Positions 24,550-37,669 of a DNA stretch of 64,000 nucleotides are shown one piece after another. Positions within the stretch are counted from its first letter, which is position 1. Every line of letters begins with the position of its first letter. Position numbers and translations under genes: made by a program. The notes beneath the pieces were generated by a model. That model made no database searches. It saw nothing but the letters and a program-made list of their open reading frames with translations, and was not told the DNA's origin. The stretch is from Octopus sinensis (Eukaryota). The stretch lies in NCBI RefSeq assembly GCF_006345805.1, contig NC_043002.1:53506001-53570000 (forward strand). Reading direction: 5' to 3'.

Positions 24550-24712
24550 AGTTTCCGTCTACCAAATTCAGTCAAAACTCTGTGCTATAGTAAAAAAAAC
24601 TATAGAGTTATAGTAAAAAAAAAAACACTTGCTCGAGGTACCAGGCAGAGTGACTGAACGTGAAACCATGTGATTGGGAAGCAAGCTTCTCAACCACACA
24701 GTCATTCTTGCA
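24550..24712 (-). mobile_element. SINE family A 5' fragment, degenerate
   Basis: CAGTTTCCGTCTACCAAAT...GAAGCAAGCTTCTCAACCACACAG. Confidence 0.65.
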
Positions 24713-25814
24713 CTTAATATACGTGTGTGTGTGTTTACATTTGTTGTTAAATAGAGTATTGTGTCCCACTATGTCTCAAAGTTAGCATTTCATCAAACAG
24801 AGATCTATAAAATAAATGCTAGATTGAAATACGTACAGAGGTTAGCATGATCAATTAAATTTTTAAAGGTGACACGCCATCATGGTAACAGTCGAAAGAC
24901 TAAACCCAGTAAAATAATGTTTAAAGACTTAATGGCTTCAAATTTAAGGCAATGGATTGCCACAAGATAATGAGTTCAAAACTTCGTATTGAACTTCCAC
25001 TCTATACGATAACCTTATATGTACATTTCAATCTACTTGACTTCCAACAATTAACAATAATAATTTGAAGTTGAATGGTCAGCAGTAAGAAAGATTTCAA
25101 TATTTTTAAAAGTTATTTTGCAAAATATTCAGAGAAAAAGTAATTTTTTCACCACAACAAAACACACACTCACAGAGGTCTTTCCGTGGTAACTTGAGCT
25201 ACCACAAATAGCAGCCAAATCTCTCTTAAAACACATCCTCTCATCAAAAGAAAGTCACATATTTACAGTATTTCAGGAAGAGAAAAATACAAACTCTGCG
25301 ATCGGTCTGCTACATCAGAGTTAACTCTGGGTTAGACAAAACACAAACAAGCATACTTCACCTTAAAAGATTGTCTACTAAATAATACTAATAAAGTTGA
25401 CGGTATATCTTCGAAATTTCATTCCCTGGTAAAACTCTATGTATTTTAAACATTGTCTTATTATGCTCTATGTAAGACATATTGTTCAGGCAGAGTTACC
25501 TCCCTTAGCTAAAGACCTCAAAATTGTGCGACCTGATCTCGTTTTCGAGGTCATTTTTGCAGTAATATGTTGTTGAAAAATCATCTTTCTTTCGTAGCTG
25601 AACGATTACTAATTCTTTTAATACCTCATACGTCAAAATCGGCTACTCAGTTTTCGACTCCATAAGGAAAGTATGCACACACACACAAATCCTGTTTTTA
25701 AGATATATATATGCATATATATGTATGAATATGAATATATGTATGTATGCGTATATGTATGTATGCATGTATGCATGTATGTATGTAAGTGTGTGTGTGT
25801 GTGCATGCGTTTCT

Positions 25815-25985
25815 GAAGGCACGTAGTCTTGTGAATAGGGTGTGGCACTCACTATCGCGAAATCGTGGGTTTCATTCACGAACCAAGAGGTGTGATATGT
25901 TCTTGAGCAAAACACTTCATTTTATGTTACTCTACTCCACTCAGCTGCAAATAGGAAACCCTACGACGAAACTAGTCTTCTGATC
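25815..25985 (+). mobile_element. SINE family C fragment
   Basis: tRNA-like head followed by TTCTTGAGCAAAACACTTCAT. Confidence 0.6.
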
Positions 25986-26009
25986 AGAAGGAATGTTGGC
26001 CTCGTCGAT

Positions 26010-26074
<65 letters not shown>

Positions 26075-26289
26075 TTAAGCACACATGATTTTGCTCAGCC
26101 ACGGTGATACTAACAAACAGATGTTAGAACACTATATACGTTTGCTTTAGAGTAAAGTGCCAGGCGATTAATACCACTTAATGAATAAATAAAGAACAGG
26201 AATTATGTAATTCACGATTACGATGAATCAACTTTATCACAATAAAGTTGATTATGTAACTATTCTTCGGCATTATTGATATACATACA

Positions 26290-26445
26290 TACATATGGGC
26301 TGTGTAACATACTGCCTAAATACCAATCTTGAGAAATTAGGCTTCTCAAAACCAGAAAGAAGAAAGCTAATTCGGAGTCTAATGATCCAATCAATCACTG
26401 GAACTGTAAAAGCAGTAAAACTTAACAGAAGTTTATCATTTAAAT
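26290..26445 (+). mobile_element. C-terminal tip of an RLE-type non-LTR retrotransposon
   Basis: YMGCVTYCLNTNLEKLGFSKPERRKLIRSLMIQSITGTVKAVK resembles the extreme C-terminus of RLE LINEs as I recall them. Confidence 0.45.
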
Positions 26446-26524
26446 ATATATGAGCATGTCTATATATGCAGCTATATGTATGAGAATACATACACAAAAC
26501 AAAACATACAAATCTGCTCGTATA

Positions 26525-26660
26525 TATACATACATACATACATACATACATACATACATACATACATACATACATACATACATACATACATACATACGTA
26601 CGTACGTACATACGTACATACATACATACATACATACATACATACATACACACATACATA
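26525..26660. repeat. (TACA)n microsatellite
   Basis: Seen directly. Confidence 0.95.
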
Positions 26661-27624
26661 AAAAAATAACCGGTTGTTGATGTTGAAATTGCAATGAAGC
26701 AACATTCGATCTTGGTTAGAAACCGGTTCTTTCTGTATTGGCAAGAAATTTGAAATAAAACCGAACAATGACATACATACATGTATAAGTGTGTATACAT
26801 ATACATATTTATCGGTATATGGATGCATACATGTAAGCATATATGTATGACTATATCGATGCATTCAAGTATTTGGCCAATTCAAACGGCAAACGGCAAA
26901 GACGATTCAACTTGAAGCATTTTCGTACGTATTTGCGGAGGATGTTTAATTTTTGACGTTTCACATTACGTCGTTTATATTTAGCTAAAACAGCTTTTGT
27001 GAATATCACCGTGTCTAGATGAGATTACTATGCCATCCACTTCACACAGAACACCGAAACTAGAGATAGCTTTGACGAGAGAGGTATCTTTACTAGTGCC
27101 CTTAATATCTATAAGCACGGTAATTTGTTTAGACATATCTGATGGAGTCAGGTCGACAGTAAAATAAAGTATGACTTGAAGACAATGTTTATGAGTAAGG
27201 TCAAAGTTTTGAATTTCTAAAGCTTTCATGAAAGAGTACTAAAGAAATCAATGTCAAACGATGACACTGAAGTTTATAACATCGGTAGCTAGTGCTGTTG
27301 GAATAACAATTAGATACTTTATGGAATAACTATTTCAACACGTTGACGTTGACTTGGCCTTAACATACTTATATATACGCAAATGCGAAGCATACTCTCA
27401 CACACTCACACACACACACTTACATGTATATGCTAAGAATATATATATGCGTATACACACACACACATATATGTGTGTGTGTATATATATATATGTCTGT
27501 GTGTGTGTGAGTGTGTATGTATATATATATATATATATTATATATATATATATATATACATACATACACACTCACACACACTGGATTTACTTGGACCTCT
27601 CATTTTTCTTCGACGTAATGAACC

Positions 27625-27655
<31 letters not shown>

Positions 27656-27684
27656 ATATTTACTTATGTTTAGACACAGTCACG

Positions 27685-28100
27685 TGATTTTGTTTTAGTC
27701 CGTCTACAAAAATGAAATGTGTTCGATTCACTAAACTGATGCATTGGAAGTGTGTATATATTCTAACTTACTTGAGATAAAGAGTGATAAAATCTCGAAA
27801 TGTTCTCTCATGTGTCGAATCTTTGGTAGACTTGACACATCAATAAGTATACGTTCTGCCGAAACGCCAGTGGCATTTTGTAGCCTTGCTTTATATCAAA
27901 TAATTTAATACACAAACTACACACACTCATATATGGGCGATATACTGGTGTGATATATTTGACTGTATCGTATGATACTCTATCTCAAAAAGAATTATCC
28001 CCAGCCAATATTTTCAGTCTATTTACTATTACCTTAGTTTACCTTTTGGTGAAAATTGCTACGAAATATATCATATGTTTATGATTCGTGTCAAGAATTG
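27685..28100 (+). repeat. Copy 1 of a diverged ~410-bp direct repeat (copy 2 at 32505-32912)
   Basis: Colinear similarity, roughly 70-80% by eye, e.g. CTTTGGTAGACTT, GCCTTGCTTTATATCA, GGGCGATATA, AAAGAATTATCCCC.GCCAATAT, GGTGAAAATTGC.ACGAAATA. Confidence 0.85.
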
Positions 28101-28199
28101 TCCTTTTAATTCCGGGCATCGAAATTACTATCTCATGATTATGCGTCCGGCTCTTTCTCTCTCTCTTTCTCCCCCTCTCTCTCTCTCTCCATATATATA

Positions 28200-29250
28200 T
28201 ATATATATATATATATGTAAAGGATAGGAGGAGGTTTCGCCAAGGAGACTCAAACTAATAGTTATGTGTTCTGTGTGCTCAGATAGGCACACCACAAATC
28301 TTCTAGTTTGAGCTAAGAGTTGAAATTGCAGATATATGATTGTCTTATTTAAAACACCTAGAAGTGGCTTCCCTTTGAGTCAGTAGGTATAGGTTAAAGT
28401 AGTGAGGAAAGACAAACAATTATGCAAGGTTTGACGAGAACATTTAATTTAATTTAATTTAATCTAATTTAGCTACTTAACAAACGGTAAAAAAATAGTC
28501 TCTGACAGCCGCTTCTGGGATATCACAGCTATTGGAACATCGTGTTGGATGAAAACTCCGTAAGTTGGGTATCCCGTCATCGGAGAGATATACGTTGGAC
28601 AGTGGAAGAAAGTTCCTCATCAATGATAGATGTTGTGGTTCATTACGCCGAAGAGAAAGGAGAGGTCCAATTAAACTCAGTTAGATCGGGTAATCCTTAG
28701 GTAAATCCATGATCAGAAAAGACGGTTAGATAGTACTCTGTGGTGAGAGAAAAGAATGATTATACAGTGCTCCGTTGTAAGGGAAAATGAATGCTAGCAG
28801 TAATAAAGTTGCACAAATACTGTGATATGAGAAAGATAGATAAGAGCTTTGTACTCGATATATGCTATTCAATATAGTGAAGGGGGATTCTGTCCAGAGA
28901 AATTAGTGGGTGGAATAAATAATGCACTCTGGTATAAGGAACATAGGTAGAGCTTTGTACTAGATATATACTAACCACTACAGTGAGGTGCATTCCTGCC
29001 CAAGGAAATTAGAGAGAGCGAGTGCAAAGGCGAGTGAACGGTATTCTTATCCAAAGGAACTAGGGTAGCAAGAGAGACACATAAGAGGAAAAAAATAAAG
29101 CAGATGCTAGACCAACAAGTCTGAGTACCAATGTGAGGTGGCATGTGTAGGTAATAAAGCGGTCGTATAAAACGATAAAAGACGTCGTCTTTAGTGGGTG
29201 GTCAAATTTTACTGGAGGGAAGACCTAGGACTGTCTAGTTGTGTTGACGC
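28200..29250 (-). mobile_element. Old CR1/L2-type LINE remnant (end of APE domain and linker)
   Basis: Weak motifs LLSIFLIS (cf. LLDLFLTS), SDH and LTEFNWTSPFSS. Internal ~105-bp tandem duplication at about 28844 and 28950. Confidence 0.4.
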
Positions 29251-29389
29251 TAGAAAAACATACCAACTAGCAAACAAATGGTTTAAGAGTTGCGGTTTAA
29301 AAACTAAGGTTAAAATATATTATAAAATAAGAATAATTAAAATTAATTAAAAATAAAGTTAACGTTTAAAATAAAATTAAATTTACACG

Positions 29390-29427
<38 letters not shown>

Positions 29428-31609
29428 TGACCTGCATATACCACAGCACAGTATTGAAAATCAGCGTATACTGCAACACAGAATCTCGTAGTCTTGTGAC
29501 GCTTATGCGAGTGAGTGAAATATATGTAAGGTACATCTGTACGCAAACGTCTTTTTTTCTCTAGTAATTATAGTAACATACGAACAAATTAATACATTCG
29601 TAATTCTGAACTTCTTGGCAATTTGTGCTCGACATAATGATCAGTATGTGCGTAACCAACGCAATTCCAGTTAAGTACATAGATATCATACGTAACAGAT
29701 ATTCCCGTAACGATAAATTAATATATTTAATAACGCATACAGTCTGTGAGATTAAAAGAAAGCATTATCATTATTTATATTGAATATTATTCGTCTTGTT
29801 TAATTATAATAATTATAGTCTATGTAACTTTCGCTGTTGCATCTGATGTTGTCACTGGTACCGGAATGTGTGAGTTGTGTGTCTGTTATTAAAGTGCATG
29901 TGTACTGCTCTTTATTTATCTCTGGCATAAACACCGGTCTAATTAAAGATTGAAATTTGACTTCACTGGTCAAGCACTTTCATTATTTATTAATCAGGAA
30001 TAACATTTATTTATAACGTACTAATGGCATTCAAGTTTATACTTAATCTTAAACGCGCGTACACACATACAGAAGGCCATATACATACACACACGGTCAA
30101 ACACATGCAGGCACATACACACACACATACACACACAAGCAAACACACGAACACACACACATACACACACATATTTAATATATACATGCATAGCAATAAT
30201 TATAACGCCAGGATGGAAAATAGTAAGTTTTAATACCAAATCACAACATTTGTTTCTGCAGCGGACACCAGCTTAAAATTGTTGAGTTTACATTTATTAA
30301 AGATTACATGAGATTATTCTTTAAAATTAAAATATAATGCAATATCTTTGAGCAACAGCTACATGTGGGTGCTTCCTTGAATGGAATACGATCAAGCACT
30401 GTCGAAGTTTTTCAAGTTCTTCAGATATACCATGTCCGTTACTCTCCACCTATCACTTTACGACATTCGAGCGGCACATGCTGAAGTGATGCAAAAACAA
30501 ATAAGAAATAACATCACAATAATAATGCCAGCAATATTAATAATAACAGAATAAAGGCAACTTTAATTATACTGACAGTGATAATAATGATAATAACAAA
30601 ACCAAAGCAATTTAAGTGATAGTTATAATAAAATATAAATAAAGAAACCTGAAGCTGGCTTTTACCAAGTAGTAGAAAAGTGTATGAATTGGTCAAAATA
30701 AAATAGATTCATAATGGATTGTTAATGCTATCTTTTCTAACGAGCCAGGCTGTCTAATATCTCTATACTTTCCGGCCGTTTGTCTTCAAGTGACCTCTGT
30801 AAACTCCACTGGCCGTTCTTTATTAGATTACAGACATGCTTTTCTATATCTTTTATATTTATTTGTTTAAAACTTTTCCATATACTATTAAAGCTGCTGT
30901 CCGATGCAGAAGCAAATTTTCCAACTTCATGTTATATTATTCATATATTAATCCAATACACTAGCGGGATTCAACATGCTTACCCAGCCTTGGAAATTAT
31001 GCTGTTGTAGAATGAGATGTGGTGACAAATAAAGGTATAGGATATATATATATATATATAAGAAATGGAGCAATAATAAACAATGAGAAGTTGATCATTG
31101 GTATTAATAACAATGATCAATGTCTCATTGATTTTATTGCTCCATTTCTTTTCTTTTCTATATATATTAAACCATGGTTTTACCTTTAAATTACCAACTA
31201 CTGTATAGCTTATAGCTAGGACTTTACATACTGAGGTAATACACCAGTAGTGCCTGCGTATACATTTATCCCTTAGACGGTTGCATAACCTCTAACTCAT
31301 ATTTTTCTTATATATATATCCAGCAATGCATTTACACATGATAATGAAAATGATCACTATACTGAGTTGACCATAGCTTATTTGTAAGCCACAATACAAA
31401 GATGACGCAATTTTACCACATCAGGGTCATACATTTTGTTTTTACTTATAGTTTTATTTGTGTTGTTGCCGATATGGTCGCTGTCTTTATTGGTACTTTA
31501 GTTACTAATTGTCCTATCAATAACCCCACTTGACCCACCATCATTGCGTGTAGTACATATTCCCTGGACAGTATCGACAACCTAATATTGACAACCAAGT
31601 GTATTATCA

Positions 31610-31610
31610 C

Positions 31611-31656
<46 letters not shown>

Positions 31657-31681
31657 GTTGTTGTTGTTGTTGTTGTTGTTG

Positions 31682-31714
<33 letters not shown>
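31610..31714. repeat. (ATT)n/(GTT)n microsatellite
   Basis: Seen directly. Confidence 0.95.
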
Positions 31715-31716
<2 letters not shown>

Positions 31717-32504
31717 CTCTTTATCACAGGTCTTGTTGGAGCTCTTGGAGTCTTACATGCGTAGCGGCCTTGCAACCTGCTGTTATGGTATCATGCTATC
31801 CATTTTTTCCTCATCTACCAGTGCAAAGAAAAAATTTCTATACAAGAACGTTTAAATAAAGAAATACAGAACGCGTCTAAATATGACCGCATAACCAACT
31901 TTGATCTCAGTATATATATATTAAATCAAGATCACATACCTATCACTGTACATATTTCGTCTCACTACTTTATCTTTTGAGTTTTTGTGTATATATATTT
32001 ACTTATCCGCTACCCGAAAAATGAGCAATTACCACCCCCTGTCCCTAATAATAACGATCACCAATTACCTCCCCTTAGATTTTTCTACTTATTGAACTAT
32101 TCACAAACTTCCCCACGCGTAACACGCGCTAAAATTTTCTTAAGAAAAAACAATAATTTCAATGTCACATACGCACAAGCATGCATATGTAAGTCTTATA
32201 GAGACGTTGATGATGATTATCAGAAATACAACAGAAAGAAAAGACAGGATTCACACCAATCTGATTTACCTTGCGGCTATAAAGGTTTCTATCATTTGAT
32301 CTCATTGGATTTATCACACTTTTTGGTTGTAATTATTACAAATTCATAGAGGGATTTCACTCGACTCTTTATAACTGTGTGGATAGTTTCAGATAAGTTT
32401 TATGGAATCCTATATTATGTATATGTTAAGAATATATATGTGTGTTTGCATACATATGTGCAAAGTTATTTACTTCTTATGTTTATTCACGCACACATAT
32501 GCGT

Positions 32505-32912
32505 TTGTTTTAGTTTATCTACAAAAACGAAAACGTGTTTGATTTACTAAAATGAGACTTTGTAAGTGTGTATATATTCTTACTTGAGATAAACAGTGAT
32601 AAAATTTTAAAATGCTTTATCATCTCTCGGTCCTTTGGTAGACTTTGCACATCAATGATTATACGATCTGCCGAAGTGCCGATGGCAGAAGTCGCCTTGC
32701 TTTATATCATATAAATCAATACTCAAAACACCCATACACTCATATACGGGCGATATATAGGTGTGATATCTTTGAATATAACATATGATACGCTATCACA
32801 GAAAGAATTATCCCCTGCCAATATCTTTATTCCATTTAATTTTACCTTAGTTTAACGTTGGGTGAAAATTGCCACGAAATAAATAAGGTGTAAATGATTG
32901 ATATCAAGAATT
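32505..32912 (+). repeat. Copy 2 of the diverged ~410-bp direct repeat
   Basis: See 27685-28100. Confidence 0.85.
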
Positions 32913-32967
32913 TAGTACTAGGGAATTTTTAAAAACATACATTGGTGTGGCATTCTTTTACACAATG

Positions 32968-33505
32968 TGAGTCGACGAGCTGTCAGTAACTTAGCATGCC
33001 GGGTGAAATGCTTAGCGGTATTTCGTCTGCCGTTACGTTGTGAGTTCAAATTCCGCCGAGGTCGAGTTTGTCTTTCATCCTTTCGGAGTCGATTAAATAA
33101 GTGCCAGATACGCACCGGGGTCGATATAATCGACTTAATCTGTTTGTCTGTCCTTATTTCTCCTCTCCGTGTTTAGCTCCTTGTGGGTAGTAAAGAAATA
33201 GATATTTCGTCTGCCGCTGCGTTCTGAGTTCAAATTCCGCCGAGGTCGACTTTGCCTTTCATCCTTTCGGGGTCGATTAAATAAGTACCGGTTACGCACT
33301 GGGGTCGATATAATCGACTTAATCCGTTTGTCCTTGTTTTTCCCCTCTGTGTGTAGCGCCTTGTGGGCAGTAAAGAGATAAGAAACTTTAGCACGCCGAG
33401 CGAAATGCTTAGCGGTATTTCGTCTGCCGCTACGTTCTACGGTCGATCTAATCGGCTGCCCCCATCCCTCTCCAAAACTCTAGGGCCTAGTGCTCAGAGT
33501 AGAAA
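32968..33505 (+). mobile_element. SINE family B head-to-tail array (three units)
   Basis: Units start at about 32968, 33203 and 33383. B box GAGTTCAAATTCCGCCGAGG; tails TAAAGAAATAG and TAAAGAGATAAG. Confidence 0.9.
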
Positions 33506-33734
33506 AGATTCTTTTTCAGGATGTATTTTCATATTTTCACCTAATAAAATGGAATTGAGGAATAACCCGCTTCGCAATCGCAAGGTTGCGAGCGCAGTCC
33601 CACCACACGACACAATAGCAAATTTGTCTAACACAATAAGTAAATTTGTCTTATACAATAGAACTGGACCCAACAGCTCTTGAGCGAATTTAGTAACAGA
33701 TCATATATATATATATATATTGTTTGTTCCTTCT

Positions 33735-34020
33735 CTAGCCATGCCTGGCTCTTAAGGGCCGGTTTGCCGGTTTCCTTGGGGTATAGGTTCCCCTCCTGGA
33801 CGGGACGCCTATCCGTCGCAGATGGGCTGCAAGATGCAGGAGGAAAGAGTGAGAGAAAGTTGTAGCGAAAGAGTCAGCAGAAGAGTGCCATTACCTCCTG
33901 CCGGAGGCGCGTGGAGGTTAGGTGTTTCGCTCATAAACACACACATCACTCGGTCTGAGATTCGAACCCGCAATCCCTCGACCGCGAGTTCGCAGCTCTA
34001 ATCACTAGGACATGTGCCTC

Positions 34021-34021
<1 letters not shown>
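33735..34021 (-). mobile_element. tRNA-derived SINE (family C-related or a separate family)
   Basis: The minus strand begins GTGGAGGCACATGTCCTAGTGATTAGAGC...GGGTTCGAATCTC (A and B boxes), followed by a distinct body. Confidence 0.7.
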
Positions 34022-34056
<35 letters not shown>

Positions 34057-34369
34057 CACACACGCAAATTATGGGGCTTTAGTTCATAAGTGATCTAAAC
34101 AATTAGGTACACCAGGTAAGTGCCGTAACGGAGTAGTAGGGCTCCATGGTTATAGCCGAGACGGTTGTTATGGAGCCATGGAAAATTTCTGATGCAGCGG
34201 ATATATAATTGATAAAGAGAACAACAGATGTTAAGGCAAGACAAACATCTCAAGTCGTATACAATATTCTTGTATACGACTTGAGATGCTTGCCTTGCCT
34301 AAACGTTTGTTGTGCTCTTTAACAATTATACACACGCACACACACACTCACACACACACACATATGTAT

Positions 34370-34626
34370 ATATTATATATGAGAACAAATAAAATACCGG
34401 TTGTCGACCGGCGGGGGACAATTTCTTACACAAAGATACGTACAAAGCCTGAAAACCGATGTTGGTTTGATTACGTCCCGGTAACGTAGCGACAAGGCAA
34501 AATAAATAATATAAGTACCAGATTTTAAAAGATTAGCCCTGGGTGCGATTTGCTCGACTAAACCCTTTAAGGGGGTGCCCCAGCATGGTTTCTATTAAAT
34601 GACTAAAACCAGTATAAATTAAAAGA
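34370..34626 (+). mobile_element. SINE family A 3' half, degenerate
   Basis: ACCGATGTTGG..TACGTCCCGGTAAC..GATTTGCTCGACTAA..GGGGGTGCCCCAGCATGG. Confidence 0.7.
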
Positions 34627-35239
34627 ACACATTCCACCAAGAAAATGTAAGGCTTTTGAGAGAATTTAAAATTGTTATTTGTTGTGCAATGATATGTTGC
34701 TACAACAGTAGCCTAAAGTTTCGTTGTTAATCTTAAGGCGGGCTGTAGTGTATCAGACCTATAATCAGAAGTGTACCAGTCGTGACCATTCTGTATTTGT
34801 TTACCGTCATAATCTAACTTCGGATTCAATTAACTAGTCAATAGTTTTTTGTAATGATACGATAGAGTATGATCTCAAAGAGGTTTTGATATTTTCGGTA
34901 AAACCGTAACATTTCTACATATACGATGTGCTTAAATCATGTATTCTTCTGCTAAGAACGATACGGTGATTGCACAGAGTTGTACATTAGTTTTCATATC
35001 TTGACTGTATTGTACTGTGTAGATAGAAAGAGGTTATCAAAGATAACTGCAATATGTGAGTCACACAACAAATTATAGACATCTGGTTTTAAACATTTTC
35101 ATTATTCATAAACAGTGATTTGATAATTGTAAACTGAATAATTCTCAAAATTTCATAGTTATAAGTATAAAGCTTCTCTTTCATATCTTATAAGTGTCAT
35201 AAAATCTGATTATCTCTATTGGGAATTCGTAAACAATAT

Positions 35240-35402
35240 ATATATATATTGTTTCTCTCCTCGTTTTTTTTATGTGTCCCTTTCTGTAGAAGAGCGTAGG
35301 CTCGGAACGTAAAAGACATTTTATATTCCTGAGCGTTATACTAATACATCTGTTTGTTATGTACACCACCTGTCTTCGTCTTTTTTTTCGTAAACTCTCC
35401 CT
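35240..35402 (+). repeat. Second copy of the hammerhead-like repeat
   Basis: Motif at 35280-35317: CUUU-CUGUAGA-A-GAGC-GUAG-GCUC-GGAAC-GUA-AAAG. A13 is changed to G. Confidence 0.8.
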
Positions 35403-35427
35403 ATATATATATATATATGTATATTTG

Positions 35428-35501
<74 letters not shown>

Positions 35502-35525
35502 GAAAGAAAGAGAGAGAGAGAGAAA
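35403..35525. repeat. Compound (TA)(TG)(GA)(GACA)(GA) microsatellite
   Basis: Seen directly. Confidence 0.95.
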
Positions 35526-35879
35526 TAAAATCGCACAAACACAAACATACACATAGGGTACACCTGTCATCATAAACAAAATTCAGAGAAAAGGACACCA
35601 AGATCATTTCCACATGTATCATGTGTGTGTGTGTGTGTGTGAGGGGCTGTATTTATGATATCCTATATTTTAGCTGAAAGCTACTAAACTAAATTTATAT
35701 TCTTCTGTCGTATTAATAGCTGAACGGTTCGTGAGATGAAACGGTAGAGCTTTCGCAATTAATTTACGAGCTAAAGTGAAAAAAACTGCCTAGGATACCC
35801 TACTGCTTCGTTGTAAAATGATATTGAAATCGTTAACTAAATTTTTTGCAATTTTTTTTCAGAAGCAAACACGCGTATA

Positions 35880-36005
35880 TGCATGCATGCATGTATGTAT
35901 GTATGTATGTATGTATGTATGTATGTATGTATGTATGTATGTATGTATGTATGTATGTATGCATGTATGTATGTACGTACGTATTATGTATGTATGTATG
36001 TACTT
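35880..36005. repeat. (TATG)n microsatellite
   Basis: Seen directly. Confidence 0.95.
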
Positions 36006-36544
36006 ATGCAAAGATGGATGGATGGATATTATGTTAGATCACTCTTAATGCTACTAGTAATATAAAACATTCTACAATCAGCACTACCAAGCGTACTTAT
36101 TAAGGAGAATGATTTTCGGTAGACAAGCTTTAACAGGTTTCGATTTTCGAAACCTGTCAAAGGATGCATAGTGACTCAGTTGTGTGGCAACGGCCGTTCA
36201 ACAACTGCAACTGAAAGGCCCTAGTCTTTGTTTAGACATATCTCTAAATGAAGGGAATTTTAAAATATTTGCTTCATTGCAAACTCATAAATTGTGCACG
36301 CACATACATGCACTCACTTACATACGCTCGCCCGCACACACACACACACACACAAATATATATATATATACATACACATGCACACCTAAACACACACACA
36401 CACACGCACTCAAACACTCTGTGAAGATTTCCATCGGGTCATGTTGGGTAAAATTAACAAGAGTTCCACGATGGAGTCAAACACTGAGGCATAGCCGGTT
36501 TCATTGGCTAAATTACTTTAAATATATCTTAGTTGAACATAGTT

Positions 36545-36672
36545 AGCATACAGAATCGTTAGCATACCGGACAAAATGCTTAGCGGCATTTCGTCCGTGT
36601 TTACGTCCTTCTTTCAAATTTCGCAGAGGTCGACTTTGCCGTTCAACCTTTCGAGGTTGATAAAATATTTTT
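36545..36672 (+). mobile_element. SINE family B 5' fragment
   Basis: GAATCGTTAGCATACCGGACAAAATGCTTAGCGGCATTTCGTC...GGTCGACTTTGCC. Confidence 0.75.
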
Positions 36673-36707
36673 CGTTATTACACACCACTGGTCGGATCTC
36701 TCGAACC

Positions 36708-36811
36708 AGCGAAGGGTCTATTTCATACATAGAAATAAAATAAACACATATACAGAAGACAAAGACACCTAAACTCATATGTGTGCACACATGTAGCTAC
36801 ATATATATATA

Positions 36812-36884
<73 letters not shown>

Positions 36885-37628
36885 TTCTCCTTTTAATAGA
36901 TTTATTCCACTAGTAATAAAGACCAGAATATAATTAATTGTATATGCAGAGATAAGACAAAATGTAATTTAAAAATAAATGTAATTTGGATGATGTAGTA
37001 CATAAATGTGTAGTAACTTTTGATATGATAAATATAATATGAATAGTTATAATTAAATGCGATTTACGTGGGGCCGACTCACTAATAAAGCGTAGGGTCC
37101 TTTTCCTACATAGAATAAATAAAATACACATATACAGAAGACAAAGACACCTAAACTCATATGTGTGCACACATGTAGCTAAATTCTCTCTCATCTCTCA
37201 TTCTCTGCCATACATAATCTATATTATATATATTATATATTGTATGTAGTGTGTGTGTTGTGGTGTGTGTGTGTGTGTATTTATCGCTTTTAATAGATTT
37301 ATCCACTAGTAATTAATAGTACCAGATATATATAAAGAATATCATAAAAGTATGTAATAAGACCAGAATATAATTAATTGTAATGGCTAGAGACTAGACA
37401 AAATGTAATTTAATAATAAATGTAATTTGGATGATGTAGTACATAAATGTGTAGTAACTTTGATTGATGATAATATTAATATGAATAGTTATAATTTAAA
37501 TGCGATTTACGTGGGGCCGACTCCTAATAAAAGCGAAGGGTCCTTTTCCTACATAGAAATAAAATAAACACATATACAGAAGACAAAGACACCTAAACTC
37601 ATATGTGTGACACACATGTAGCTAAATA

Positions 37629-37669
<41 letters not shown>

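Noticed and set aside
26985-27290. Degenerate protocadherin repeat (TAFVNITV...HFTQN...KIKYDL...EVYNI), or an alternative minus-strand phase 1-1 exon (DMSKQITVLIDIKG...)
   Set aside because: The cadherin calcium-binding motifs (DxND, DxD, LDRE) are absent and the spacing is off. The minus-strand reading is not conserved in the duplicate copy.
30400-31010. Candidate exons, including an 18-nt minus-strand micro-exon (HNFQGW) near 30970-30990
   Set aside because: Splice-like sites exist on both strands, but no consistent reading frame or recognisable protein links them.
34140-34180. Hairpin GGCTCCAT...ATGGAGCC as a structured RNA
   Set aside because: Too short for a pre-miRNA, with no other supporting motif or second copy.
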